Virus record (IMG/VR): IMGVR_UViG_3300031999_000001
Location: 64,001 to 128,000 of that record
DNA from: a virus
Taxonomy: Duplodnaviria; Heunggongvirae; Uroviricota; Caudoviricetes
Length of the DNA: 64,000 bases
Direction: 5' to 3' (one strand)
Shown here: positions 39,201-47,843 of the stretch, one piece after another
Numbering within the stretch: the first letter of the stretch is position 1
Layout: each line of letters opens with the position of its first letter
Translations under genes and position numbers: made by a program
The notes under the pieces: generated by a model
The model's input: the letters and a program-made list of their open reading frames with translations, nothing else
What the model was told of the DNA's origin: nothing
Databases searched by the model: none

Positions 39201-40109
39201 ATTAGTATTTTTATTTATACCAATTCTACCTGTTTCCATTACAGTTAATGGACTGTTTTCTGCTTCGACATTATATAGATACCAAAACTTAGAACCTTCA
39301 TTACGATATGTCTCACCCAACCATTTAGGTATACCATTTTCTGCCCACTGAATATCCGCATCAACATTTGAAGGTCCGTCAATAATCAAGGCATTCTTTT
39401 GTGTACTTAATGGATTGTCTTCGTTGGCATCTGTTCCATATGCATGAACAACACCTTGTGGTGCAATAGTACCAAAGCCAGTTAAGCCTGAGACAGTATC
39501 GACATTAATTATTACAGTACTACCATTGGCTTTACGAACTTGTATTGCAGTAATTGTATCACCTGTTGGTCTGATTTTATTTATAATTAACCCACCATTG
39601 AATGTACTTTCAATTGTTGTAATTGCACCTGCTGTAGTAACTTGTTGTAAATTTGAAGTACCAGTAACATTAATTATATTATTATTAATTGAAATGCCCG
39701 TTCCACCACTTAATTTACTGGTTAAATTATTATATGAATGTGTATGTCCTGTTTGAAATCTTTGTAATGTTGTACCTGATAACCACGCTGGTTTCGATAT
39801 TATTACTGACCAACTTGGAGTATTTCCTGAAACCTTATTATCAACATATCCTTTATCAACTAATGAACGATTTGTAAAACTTGCAGAATAATCACCACCA
39901 TATTCAATACCAGCAGTATTTCCAGCACCTTTTGTTATTGTTGTTACACAAGTTAAAACACCACCAAGTTTAACCTGACGTAATCCAACTCTTGTTAATC
40001 CATTATTTGCTGTTGTAATACCAGTAAAGGTAGTCATACCACTATTGGTAAAATCCCCATTAAATAAATATTGATTACCAGTTAATAAATCTATTGCAAA
40101 TGTTGCCAT
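33225..40109 (-). CDS. 2294-aa tail fibre-like protein with internal duplications
   Basis: G/T/S-rich; two ~630-aa copies; three DHVHP repeats; ATT..IDG..RILVKNQ..NGIY module. Confidence 0.75.
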   Translation of the reverse strand: MATFAIDLLTGNQYLFNGDFTNSGMTTFTGITTANNGLTRVGLRQVKLGGVLTCVTTITKGAGNTAGIEYGGDYSASFTNRSLVDKGYVDNKVSGNTPSWSVIISKPAWLSGTTLQRFQTGHTHSYNNLTSKLSGGTGISINNNIINVTGTSNLQQVTTAGAITTIESTFNGGLIINKIRPTGDTITAIQVRKANGSTVIINVDTVSGLTGFGTIAPQGVVHAYGTDANEDNPLSTQKNALIIDGPSNVDADIQWAENGIPKWLGETYRNEGSKFWYLYNVEAENSPLTVMETGRIGINKNTNLIDDDAAQIVGTGLSDLTISGNYTENYNAVYRIEIASTGATDEWKWKKSIDGGVTYGSYSPLSACTTGATLIEFGVYIAFGSVNGHTVGNIWEFGAFTQIPQATLSLAPMGFAEVQHTDDYLAPTITYQDLTALANGGFYDSKFTVFDTGTGGTLQAFYWGTTVQINSIFFNLHQIGASIVLITEYWNGTSWIAMNFNDYGLIDSTENLTKSGRIIWTPNHMTGWVKAFIPDLTKEGSELYWIRIRTSTNPTIAPEAHTISVGNDKRFSVYNSFNDYRPSYYVDSLGRVNIGGGNITDTNLLQINKEGFVQPSASANHSLVEIDSQCSCEVDFKIKLSSNDACGGAFTLFKSRGTLDIPTGIVNGDTIGLVRYRGRIGTLGKELANICAQYTGDGSSQVADITFNTACGGNPSEKVRFAANGTNGFGITPTAVITLKAGTSLIAPLKFTQGSLLSSPQAGAMEFDGFFTYITDTGNTRQTFAYLNDPVFTGNVFLPAGTLYADGVKTNTIQPLNDGLDTLKIIGATGGTVLVTFNSKSGFTGFGTVIPETLVHLYGANAVEGDGWNYQTNGIRLDGTFNTDKDIQWASEGVPKFAAQIYRCENGKFWYLSSPQGHINQLTVSDTGRVGVNNQTNIMAYHALLETGGPNDLKVSGYYTQDYTGIYQIEIDTITGATDTFHWRASTDEGQTFGGWSASINLDYVPTEIQYGVSVRFDKLTGHTLGTTYVFGAFAQLPIGTFVITPNRFTEVQQTLNYTASAITYTDVTAEANSSTYGSVITMFNTGVTNNAIYFGTLDKLNSIFVNLDNHALGVTLIAEYLSGNTWVNITANNNAYVDNTFNLIRSGNITWETSSMTGWIPAYMSNLVKDGYLLYWIRLRTTTNATVAPIANSFARGGNYRLAVLTSPSDFKPSFYVDSLGRTNIGGGNVSGSNMLQINCGNSVDVTCGLSNSLFEIDSNCSSEVDMRIRLSSDDAISGGIAIAKTRGTLDVATSVLNGDNISHICSRARVNNLGTTLTSIETYYTGNGITCYADIVFKTANNSTLTEKVRISEAGTGFGITPSATITLKAGTSTIAPLKFTSGTLLSTTQAGAVEFLTDAYYGTITTGSARKTFAFLESPQFTGSPNLPVNTTLIGTSLCNLIWYSGGTANPLLTSRSDFNTYTASTVTHLQTTVTGATNGISKADCHRVKLGGLLTEDTTVGAGGYNFHLCAKKFTISSFNGTDIYDAEGKDINIFSSGGTITLRGRTSGGTDATLLSISQSQALFSDSRAVPHGIEYCQNYGATFTNRSLVDKEYVDSHSGGLEPKQAVVVATTTNINLSSAPATIDGIIAPNGSRILVKNQTGATANGIYIYNGSGATMTRATDYASGSTAFQSYMAIISGNTNKNTSWILSATDPITVGVDASDFVLFASASGVVAGNGICVTQSGGNYNVAVKLPSNCGLISDSTGLYVNSAIAGTGLAYNTGVLSVCGSALAGNSLSWVGSQFAVNTTGGTLNTALNSKLNTSIFSSYTGTTNTAINNRLLTSIYSTYTGTTAPGQFASKSAFNLYTGTTVPNTYYTKTQINAYTGATSTAIGLKANIASPTFTGTVRSVTPTINDSSTCIATTAWYIGQCATASPLMDGVAAVGTSSLWTKQDHVHPSDTSRLAVSAFNTYSGNTSTAIGLKANIASPTFTGTVRSVTPAANDNSTCIATTAWYFGQSGNTTPVMDGTAAIGTSLRWAHADHVHPKDTAKLFLSGGTMTGVLNVCKAAQNDNTSCAASTSWYISQAGTANPLMNAAVAIGTSNLFSRQDHVHPRDTSRVAKTGDIMTGGLTIASTLNVSGATKLSSVGACQVVFGSTSCVLTGNTGMVYNPTACTLCVNYIQSTAPNAYLYADRSGDVTNATTTCCKYIGVTGTTMPAGMYAVDFSGVFGVTGANNEANIKFGIDNTVVGKNLLFKMSTASAVQSAAITKNTTLSAGTHCFDVWFWETSGTACATFGSVRVRRVC
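33780..34470 (-). repeat. Three tandem xxAWY...DHVHP repeats
   Basis: Near-identical DNA at 34151..34205 and 34415..34469 (264-bp period); third copy more diverged. Confidence 0.8.
35830..39580 (-). repeat. Large internal tandem duplication of about 1.9 kb
   Basis: DIQWAENGIPKW vs DIQWASEGVPKF and KAGTSLIAPLKFT vs KAGTSTIAPLKFT, each offset by about 1.9 kb. Confidence 0.8.
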
Positions 40110-40138
40110 ATTAATTACCTGTTTTTATATAAATATTT

Positions 40139-40387
40139 TTATCGATATATATAAGTACTAATTCTATCATCCCAAACATAGTTATATGATTGGTCACCAT
40201 CTGGAAATTCTACTTTCCATACAGTAACATCTTTCCAAATTTTCTTAATTCTCCAAGTCGCCTTACTTGTATTCCCACCATTTATTGAAGTACCAATATA
40301 AAATTCTTCACTTGAAACCTCATCAATTAATGTTATTGGTTCAATATTTGGTGATTGAACATTTGAATCTGTATTAAAATCTGTCAT
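40139..40387 (-). CDS. Small hypothetical virion-associated protein
   Basis: 82 aa, YIG...ATWRIKKI...GD..Y.YVWDDR. Confidence 0.5.
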   Translation of the reverse strand: MTDFNTDSNVQSPNIEPITLIDEVSSEEFYIGTSINGGNTSKATWRIKKIWKDVTVWKVEFPDGDQSYNYVWDDRISTYIYR

Positions 40388-40403
40388 TGTTTTATTATTT
40401 TAT

Positions 40404-40412
40404 TATAAATAC
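40404..40412 (-). promoter_or_regulatory. Putative late-promoter motif GTATTTATA
   Basis: 16 nt upstream of the ATG at 40387. Confidence 0.5.
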
Positions 40413-40455
40413 TCACTAATTTTATATTAAGTAATTACATAATTATATTATTTTT

Positions 40456-41709
40456 TTAATATAATGTATGTGTTCCACCAGTTACATCTTTATATACTAA
40501 TTTAGCACTATCTGTTGAATAAAATATACTATTATTTGGATGTGATGCTGTCGAACCGCTTGAAAGTATTATTGCTGTACTTGTTGCTAATTTACCATCA
40601 GCACCAATATATACTGTACATATTTCACTTATACTTTTTACTGGTAAATGACAAATATAAACATTACCATATGTTGATGTACAAGTTCTTATGCCCGCAC
40701 TAATATACACACTACCACCAATTCCACAACAACTTCGTCCACCCAAGACAATAACACAACCACCACCGCCACCACCGCCACCAACTTGTTCACCACCGCA
40801 TATTGCAATACAACCAGCAGAAAGTCCTCCACTATCATTACCTCCTTGTAATAATAATGGTTGTCCTGTTGTTCCATTTATTAAATTTGATGCTGGAAAA
40901 ATGTTCATTGTTGAACCAATATTTATTTGAGTACTTGTCAAACTCATAATTCCAGTACTTGAAATTAAATAACCATAACTACCACTTTTCATATTTAATG
41001 AACATGAACTTGCACCACTTGTAGCATATATGCAAACAGATGTGCTATTCCATAAAATACAAGAGTTATTATCCATTCGTATACAATCACCAACGGTTGT
41101 CGGACATAAAACAGTTCCTGTTCTATTCCAATATGATGTACCACCACTACGTGCAGCAAAATATCCTTTATCTATAAGTGAACGTGCAGTAAATGTTGCA
41201 CTATAATCTGTGGCATATTTAATACCAGCACCATCATGACTTGTATATGTTGTTTGAACATCACCAATATTAAGACTATTACCTGAAGAACTTATTGTTA
41301 AATAAGTTCCTTGTAAATCAATACAATTATTTTGTGCACACCAGTGTCCAAGACTGTCAGTACCCTGAAATCTAAATTCACTACTACTACCTGTAATATT
41401 GAATATATATCCAGTTGCACCAATATTAGTACTTTGAGATAAAATACCCCCAAGAATAATATTTTTGTTAGAAATAGATAATCCATTTGTTCCACCAGTT
41501 ATTGTATTACCACTTCCACCACCAGTCGCACCACTAATCAATATCTTATCTCCTGATTGAAAAATTTGAATAGAACTGCCCGTTGATAATATGCTTCTAA
41601 ATTGTAAATTATTTCCACCAGATTTACATTTATATATTTCAGCACCACCACCAAGATTTTGACCCTGTGTTGTATTTCCAACTAAATTTATATTTGATCT
41701 AACTACCAT
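40456..41709 (-). CDS. Tail fibre-like protein
   Basis: Shares NGL...LGG.L and Y..DYS..FT.RSLIDKGY modules with neighbours; Gly-rich with poly-G. Confidence 0.6.
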   Translation of the reverse strand: MVVRSNINLVGNTTQGQNLGGGAEIYKCKSGGNNLQFRSILSTGSSIQIFQSGDKILISGATGGGSGNTITGGTNGLSISNKNIILGGILSQSTNIGATGYIFNITGSSSEFRFQGTDSLGHWCAQNNCIDLQGTYLTISSSGNSLNIGDVQTTYTSHDGAGIKYATDYSATFTARSLIDKGYFAARSGGTSYWNRTGTVLCPTTVGDCIRMDNNSCILWNSTSVCIYATSGASSCSLNMKSGSYGYLISSTGIMSLTSTQINIGSTMNIFPASNLINGTTGQPLLLQGGNDSGGLSAGCIAICGGEQVGGGGGGGGCVIVLGGRSCCGIGGSVYISAGIRTCTSTYGNVYICHLPVKSISEICTVYIGADGKLATSTAIILSSGSTASHPNNSIFYSTDSAKLVYKDVTGGTHTLY

Positions 41710-41738
41710 TATTATATTTTAAATTATTATTAATTATA

Positions 41739-41747
41739 TATAAATAC
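41739..41747 (-). promoter_or_regulatory. Putative late-promoter motif GTATTTATA
   Basis: Upstream of the ATG at 41709. Confidence 0.5.
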
Positions 41748-41823
41748 TACTATTCTTTTGATATATTATTATTTTTTAATTCTATTTGAGATTCGATTAT
41801 GTTTTTAAAAATATTATAATTAT

Positions 41824-42651
41824 TTACACTATTAAACCAGTACCCAAAGCATCAAGACATGTCTCTATTGCATTTATTAATATAGCGTATTGAGTAGCGT
41901 CTAAATATGCACCAATCCAAACATATCTCAATTGTTTTGCACAACCATTTGCAGTACCATTATTATTAAATCCACAAGCATACATTTCTTTTGTTGGCAA
42001 TGCAACCGATAATCTTGTTATATTTGCTGTTAATGCTAAATTTTGCCATAAATTTTGTTTAGTACTTAAAATTCTTGTTATACCAAAATGCCCAGCAGTT
42101 TGAATTGATGTTACTGTAGAAGCTGCTGCAGCATTTAATGCACCATAAAATGATGTACCTCCCCAACTTCTTAAAAGTGCCAAATTCGCACCATCAGAAA
42201 CTCCAACATCATAACTTGTATTTGCAGCAGTTGCACAACCTTCAATAATACAGCAATCATCCAGTTTATAATTAACACCATTAACATTGGGCGTAAAATT
42301 TAATCTTACATATCTTACTGATAAAGCATTACCAATTGTTCCCTCATACTGTGTCCACACTGGTGAATTAATTGGTGCTGGATTACAAGCTCCCAAAGGG
42401 TTAATCCAATTATAATATGCTTCTAAATTATTATTTGAATGCGTACTAAAAAAATCAAATACATCACCTTTTGCCCAAATACCAGCATCAACAATTGTTT
42501 TAACCATTGTATTGTAATACCCTGCAATTGCATCTGAAGGCTTTACAATCCAAGTATCATAAATTGTTTGAAATTGTGAGCAATAACCTGCTGAAGGTGT
42601 TTGAATCAACCTGTTATTAATTGTCAGTATTTTATTATTTAATGTAAGCAC
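41824..42651 (-). CDS. Hypothetical tail-associated protein, possibly lectin-like
   Basis: 275-aa ORF in the fibre locus. Confidence 0.45.
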   Translation of the reverse strand: MLTLNNKILTINNRLIQTPSAGYCSQFQTIYDTWIVKPSDAIAGYYNTMVKTIVDAGIWAKGDVFDFFSTHSNNNLEAYYNWINPLGACNPAPINSPVWTQYEGTIGNALSVRYVRLNFTPNVNGVNYKLDDCCIIEGCATAANTSYDVGVSDGANLALLRSWGGTSFYGALNAAAASTVTSIQTAGHFGITRILSTKQNLWQNLALTANITRLSVALPTKEMYACGFNNNGTANGCAKQLRYVWIGAYLDATQYAILINAIETCLDALGTGLIV

Positions 42652-42675
42652 AATATTGAATTATTAGTATCATTT

Positions 42676-43293
42676 TTATACTGGAGCATTACAAGTAATT
42701 GCCGTTTGAAGAATACAAGTACTTCCAATACAATAACTTGCGACACCTGCACCAGTTACGGGCGTTACAGAAACAATACAAATACAACTACATGCACACC
42801 CTGTAAAAGGACCTGATTTACTGGCTAAATTCCAAAAACATATATTATCTGCATTTTTAACATTAACACATTTTGTACCATTACATGAAACAGGACCAGC
42901 AGCAACACAGGATAATACTTGTGTTGCACCAGAATAAATATTTACACAAGCAACACCACTGACAATAGCACTATTAATAACATAACAAAAACAAACATTA
43001 TAACAAGTTGATGCCACTCTTGCTTTAGAATATGTAAGACATCCGCATTTCCAAACACATGCAGCATTCAAATTTGTATTGCAACACAAATAACTTGTCA
43101 TATTAACAACATTTTCTGGCACATAACTATAAAATTCAGTCATTGCATGTGGTGCTGATTTACCAGCAGCAACACTTAATGCGGATAAACAAGATGTCTG
43201 TCCAGTACCACCACAAACAGCAGCAGAAATTGATGAGCAAGCTGAACCTGCAACTGATATAATTCCTAAACTCCCCGAAGCTGCTATTGTCAT
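42676..43293 (-). CDS. Cys-rich putative fibre-tip adhesin
   Basis: Directly downstream of the S74 fibre; N-terminal SG..I...SL....AGKS.PH.M.EFY motif; 23 Cys in 205 aa by my count. Confidence 0.45.
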   Translation of the reverse strand: MTIAASGSLGIISVAGSACSSISAAVCGGTGQTSCLSALSVAAGKSAPHAMTEFYSYVPENVVNMTSYLCCNTNLNAACVWKCGCLTYSKARVASTCYNVCFCYVINSAIVSGVACVNIYSGATQVLSCVAAGPVSCNGTKCVNVKNADNICFWNLASKSGPFTGCACSCICIVSVTPVTGAGVASYCIGSTCILQTAITCNAPV

Positions 43294-43298
43294 AATTA

Positions 43299-45119
43299 CT
43301 ATGTATTATTATTTTTTATATAATTTAAATCTTGTTCTAATTGAATAAGTTTTTCATTTAATATTTTCACAGCTTCAATTAATACAGCAGTTATTTTTCC
43401 ATAGGAAATACCTAATTTATCATCAGTAATACTATATTTAATATCACATTTATCAGGAACACTATGTGAAACAATCTCTGGCAATATTTTTATTACATCC
43501 TGTGCAATTAAACCAATACGATTTTCACAACATTCATCATCACATAAATGATAACAAACCCCTTGTAATTGTGTTATAATTGATAATGCATTTGATATTG
43601 GTTGAATGTCTTTCTTTAATCTAATATCTGATGTTGCTATCCAATCAGCACCAAATCCACAATTTGTACCAATACAAATACCGTTGGTTACTGTACATAA
43701 TTTGGCTGTACAGCCATGATATAATACAACATATCCACAACAAAATGTACCAACACCACCACTACCCATACCACCCAATATATAAACATTACCACCACAA
43801 GTAGTGCCTGTGCCACTAATAGAAGCATCACCACCACAAATATATACATTGCCACCATAAGATGAACATGTTGTACAAGAATCACCACCAATAAGAAATA
43901 AATCACCACCATATGTTGAACCACCACCAACTCGTATACCACAACCACCTATGATACAAACATTACCAGCATTACCAAGACCAGTTAGTGTTTGACCACT
44001 GATTATAATATGACTTACTGTAGTTGTGGTTGCACCAATTCTAATTGTCCTTGTTGCCCCACTTGCAAATCTTATATTACCAATAATGCCAATACATGTT
44101 GTAAAATTTGGTGAAGCTAATGGTGCATATGTAGAAGGCACAGTAGTGCCAGTATATGTCTGATATGCACTTAATGGTGCATATAGCGTAGCATGTGTAT
44201 GTCCAGTTGGTGAATATACTCCTGTATGTAAATGTGCTGAAGTTGCAAAATTATTAATAGAGTATCCAGTCATTGCTGTACCATTTCTGCGCAATAAGAA
44301 CAAGTCAGTTACAGTTGTAAAAATGTCAGTAGTTGCGCCTGAAATTGTATTTGTAGTAGCACCAGTAACAATTGATAATCCAGTACCACCAACAGCCAAA
44401 CCTTTTAATTGTAATTTATTTGTTGCAACTGGTGTTAAATGTAATAATGTTGTGCCACCCATTGAAGTACCACCAGTTAATGCCAATGACTTTAAAGCAT
44501 ATGTAGCTGGAACAGTAGTGCCTGTATATACATTAATTTGAGTCTTATTATAATATGTGGCAGGCACTGTTGTACCCGAATAAGTACTAAATGCTGTTTT
44601 ACCTAAATATGTATTGGGTACAGTTGTACCACTATATGTAGTAAATGCAACTTTACCTAAAAATTGATTAGGTGCTGTTGTGCCAGTATAAGTATTAATT
44701 GAAGTAACTAATTCGTAATTACTATGTGTATGACCAGTTAATGAATAACCACTAAAAACTGTCATTAAATCTGGATTATCTGTTGGTAATCCTGTTAATC
44801 CACTCCACGAAGAAGTCGGAGTGGCTGCACTTAAAGTAACTAAATTATTCCATAAATCGGTTTGTCCCGAAAGCGTACCAGTAATTGTACCCCAAGTACC
44901 ACCACCAGATTTAAGAACCAAACAACTATCAGCAATACCGCCATTATACCAATATTCAACATTACTAATATTAACTGTTAAACCTTCATATCTTTCACCA
45001 CTTGCAATACATGTATTAACTTGACTACTGCCAGTATATGGAATTGTTATATTTAAATATTTACTCTCAACGGGTTTTGGAGCACTTACTTTAATATTAT
45101 CACTAAGATTTATTGCCAT
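43299..45119 (-). CDS. Tail fibre with C-terminal peptidase S74 intramolecular chaperone
   Basis: TSDIRLKKDI...QLQGVCY...IGLIAQDV..ILPEIV...ISYGKITAVLIEAVK. Confidence 0.85.
   Translation of the reverse strand: MAINLSDNIKVSAPKPVESKYLNITIPYTGSSQVNTCIASGERYEGLTVNISNVEYWYNGGIADSCLVLKSGGGTWGTITGTLSGQTDLWNNLVTLSAATPTSSWSGLTGLPTDNPDLMTVFSGYSLTGHTHSNYELVTSINTYTGTTAPNQFLGKVAFTTYSGTTVPNTYLGKTAFSTYSGTTVPATYYNKTQINVYTGTTVPATYALKSLALTGGTSMGGTTLLHLTPVATNKLQLKGLAVGGTGLSIVTGATTNTISGATTDIFTTVTDLFLLRRNGTAMTGYSINNFATSAHLHTGVYSPTGHTHATLYAPLSAYQTYTGTTVPSTYAPLASPNFTTCIGIIGNIRFASGATRTIRIGATTTTVSHIIISGQTLTGLGNAGNVCIIGGCGIRVGGGSTYGGDLFLIGGDSCTTCSSYGGNVYICGGDASISGTGTTCGGNVYILGGMGSGGVGTFCCGYVVLYHGCTAKLCTVTNGICIGTNCGFGADWIATSDIRLKKDIQPISNALSIITQLQGVCYHLCDDECCENRIGLIAQDVIKILPEIVSHSVPDKCDIKYSITDDKLGISYGKITAVLIEAVKILNEKLIQLEQDLNYIKNNNT
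44853..44908. repeat. 56-bp direct repeat, copy 1
   Basis: 55/56 identical to 46105..46160; encodes GGGTWGTITGTLSGQTDL. Confidence 0.85.
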
Positions 45120-45135
45120 TTTTATTTAAATTATT

Positions 45136-46740
45136 TTAACTAAAACATAATGTGGCACTTATTGCACCAACAGTTCCACTCATATAAACTTTATAACATA
45201 TATCCGTCCAGCATAACTGTCCAGAAGAAACACATAATTGACATTCATCAGGATATTTATCACTTGGTGCATTATTAACCTTACCATTATCAAGTGCTGT
45301 AACATACCAACATGTTTTTGATGTTGTTGCTACTGGAATTGCAAGCCAAGTATATTGATTTGATGCACTACTAAAATTAATTGCAAGAGTACCTGTACTA
45401 ACTGCAAGAACTTTAGTTCCACCAGTTACAAGTGCTGAAGTTACCACAGGACGTGTACTACCAGTAAGTTTTCCCCAATAATATGGATAAATACCACTAA
45501 TTGTGCGACTTGCTGCACTTGTCACACCAGTGGCAAGTGGTGTGTTAAAATTAGTGCCTTTACTTCCTTTAGGTTGAACACCAATATCATAACATGTTGA
45601 TATTGTCCAAGTTTGACTTGCACAAACAACATATGAACTTCCTGATTTCATTACACTTGAACCACTACATGCATATGAACCAACTACCTGACAACCAGTA
45701 AAATTATAACAATTTGCATAACCACTTCTTTTATCCGAAGTACTACAACCCTGTGGGTTTATACAACCTCTATTAAATGTACCAGTTACACATAATGTTG
45801 AAATACTACATCCAATTTCATATAAAGTAGTTGTTGGAGATATGCTGATTGTAGTTGAAGGAGCAGTTAATGTTCCAAATATTTCAGGCACTAATAATTC
45901 TTCGAATAATTGAAATGCCGTTTTTCCTGTTAAAACTGTACCACCACTGATACCACCGACAGTACATACAGCAGGTGACCCTAAATTATATGTTGTACCT
46001 GTAAAAGCATTAAATACAGCTTTCGTAACATATGTAGCAGGTGCTGTTGTGCCAGTATAAGTATTAAATATTGTTGTATTTAATTTAGTATCAAGAATAT
46101 TTTGTAAATCGGTTTGTCCTGAAAGCGTACCAGTAATTGTACCCCAAGTACCACCACCAGTTGAACCTGTTGTTATGATATATCCGGCATATGGTAAAAC
46201 CCAACCACTTGTTGAAGAATCAGCAATTAATACTGATTTACTTATATGTGTATTACCAGTGGGTTCTACTGAAGTTAATAAACCTGCAGTAATGTCACTA
46301 AGAAAATATGTACTATTAATAGTTATGCCAGTTAAACCTGTAACATAACCAGCTTGTGTTAATTCAAAACAATTAGCATTTAAATATTTACTTACAATAC
46401 CCAAAACTTCACCATCATAACTACCATCAGCAATTGCTTTATTATATGTTCCACCACTCCAGCCAATAACATCATTAATATTAAAACCATGTGAATTTTG
46501 AATTATTTCTTTGGTAATTCTTTCACCGGATATTGATATTGCATTTTGCCAAGTTCCCGTACCACCAGAATCTGAAGTTAATATTTTACCAACACCATAA
46601 TTTGATAATATTGATATTGTTGCACCACTTTTTATTGCAAAATGACCATAAATATTGGTATTACCAGATAAACTTAATGTTTCACCAGAAAATTGTTCAA
46701 ATTTACTATCACTTAGATTAGGTTTTGTATCAATTGCCAT
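45136..46740 (-). CDS. Tail fibre-like protein (modules e+g+h+f, defined in the fibre-locus finding)
   Basis: Shares domains with 51208..52269, 56000..57124, 54273..55997 and 43299..45119. Confidence 0.65.
   Translation of the reverse strand: MAIDTKPNLSDSKFEQFSGETLSLSGNTNIYGHFAIKSGATISILSNYGVGKILTSDSGGTGTWQNAISISGERITKEIIQNSHGFNINDVIGWSGGTYNKAIADGSYDGEVLGIVSKYLNANCFELTQAGYVTGLTGITINSTYFLSDITAGLLTSVEPTGNTHISKSVLIADSSTSGWVLPYAGYIITTGSTGGGTWGTITGTLSGQTDLQNILDTKLNTTIFNTYTGTTAPATYVTKAVFNAFTGTTYNLGSPAVCTVGGISGGTVLTGKTAFQLFEELLVPEIFGTLTAPSTTISISPTTTLYEIGCSISTLCVTGTFNRGCINPQGCSTSDKRSGYANCYNFTGCQVVGSYACSGSSVMKSGSSYVVCASQTWTISTCYDIGVQPKGSKGTNFNTPLATGVTSAASRTISGIYPYYWGKLTGSTRPVVTSALVTGGTKVLAVSTGTLAINFSSASNQYTWLAIPVATTSKTCWYVTALDNGKVNNAPSDKYPDECQLCVSSGQLCWTDICYKVYMSGTVGAISATLCFS
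46105..46160. repeat. 56-bp direct repeat, copy 2
   Basis: Matches 44853..44908 except for one synonymous change. Confidence 0.85.
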
Positions 46741-46759
46741 TTATTACAATTTTATTTAA

Positions 46760-46768
46760 TATAAATAC
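46760..46768 (-). promoter_or_regulatory. Putative late-promoter motif GTATTTATA
   Basis: 19 nt upstream of the ATG at 46740; a second copy lies at 46808..46816. Confidence 0.5.
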
Positions 46769-46852
46769 TTAAATTACTGTCAATGATTTTTAAACAATAA
46801 TCTTATTTATAAATACCATTTAAAATGATTATTCGTATATTTAAAATAAAAA

Positions 46853-46870
46853 AACCCAGCATGCTGGGTT
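46853..46870 (-). terminator. Intrinsic terminator
   Basis: AACCCAGC-AT-GCTGGGTT hairpin plus T-run on the minus strand. Confidence 0.7.
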
Positions 46871-46888
46871 CTTGAAAAAATATGGCTA

Positions 46889-47800
46889 TTATTTTTGTTT
46901 GTTTACGGCTTCAATAATTTTATTAATATCCAATACATTTAATGTATCATACGGAAACTGTTGGATTTGCCCAGAAATATCAAATTGTTCCAAATAACTG
47001 AATTTATTTAATTCTCGTATATAATTTGCATTTGGAAGTACATTTATATGTTCTGGATAACCAAATATTTCAGGTTTATTACCAATCCAAACAACGGTGC
47101 TTTGCAGGTCAAGTGCTGCTGCGACATGTTGGGCAAAACTGTCAATGAAAAGTCTTTTTTGCGACAATGGAAATACTGCATATAATTCCCTATATGGTAA
47201 TGTTAAAAGTTCAACGCCTTGTAAAATTGGTTGTTCGGGTGATTTAATATGTAATATTCGATAAGATTTGTTGAAATAATTCACAAGTTTTTGTGCAATT
47301 TCTATTGGCATATCTCTATACCACGATTTTTTGCTGTATTGTCCTGTAGGAGACCCGCCATGCGTTTGTAATAACATGATTGGACGGTTATCTGGTTTTA
47401 TCTTATCTCTCGCTATTTCGAGTTCTCTGGGGTTCAAATAGATTTTTGGTTTATAACCATCATAAGGAATTCCATACATGTCACACCAAGATTGAGTTAG
47501 ATGTTTGCGCTGTAATATGTGGTCTTCGCTAAAATAAACCTCTTGACGGAAGATTTTAGTCGTAGGTTTTATAAAATCTGAAAAAAAGTACTGCATTTGA
47601 CCGAAGGTATAAAAACGCCATACATCGGGATTGTAAAACGCAGGTCCATCCCATGCAGTAACCCATATTATTTTATAATCAGGATATGCTTTTTTTATCG
47701 CACGAACCACTGCAGTCGCCATCACGACTTTTCCATGTCCTCCTTCACTATGAAAGATTACATACTTATCATCATCTTTAATTTTATCATCTATAATCAT
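46889..47800 (-). CDS. GT9 (heptosyltransferase-like) glycosyltransferase
   Basis: GGHGKVVMATAVVRAIKKAYP and LFIDSFAQHVAAAL resemble GT9 GGxGD / DSxxxHxAAA motifs. Confidence 0.65.
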   Translation of the reverse strand: MIIDDKIKDDDKYVIFHSEGGHGKVVMATAVVRAIKKAYPDYKIIWVTAWDGPAFYNPDVWRFYTFGQMQYFFSDFIKPTTKIFRQEVYFSEDHILQRKHLTQSWCDMYGIPYDGYKPKIYLNPRELEIARDKIKPDNRPIMLLQTHGGSPTGQYSKKSWYRDMPIEIAQKLVNYFNKSYRILHIKSPEQPILQGVELLTLPYRELYAVFPLSQKRLFIDSFAQHVAAALDLQSTVVWIGNKPEIFGYPEHINVLPNANYIRELNKFSYLEQFDISGQIQQFPYDTLNVLDINKIIEAVNKQK

Positions 47801-47843
47801 AATTTATTTATTTTTAAATATATCACATTTATTTCATTGTATT

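Noticed and set aside
40762-40782. CCACCG/CCA run
   Set aside because: Encodes a poly-Gly stretch in a Gly-rich fibre protein.
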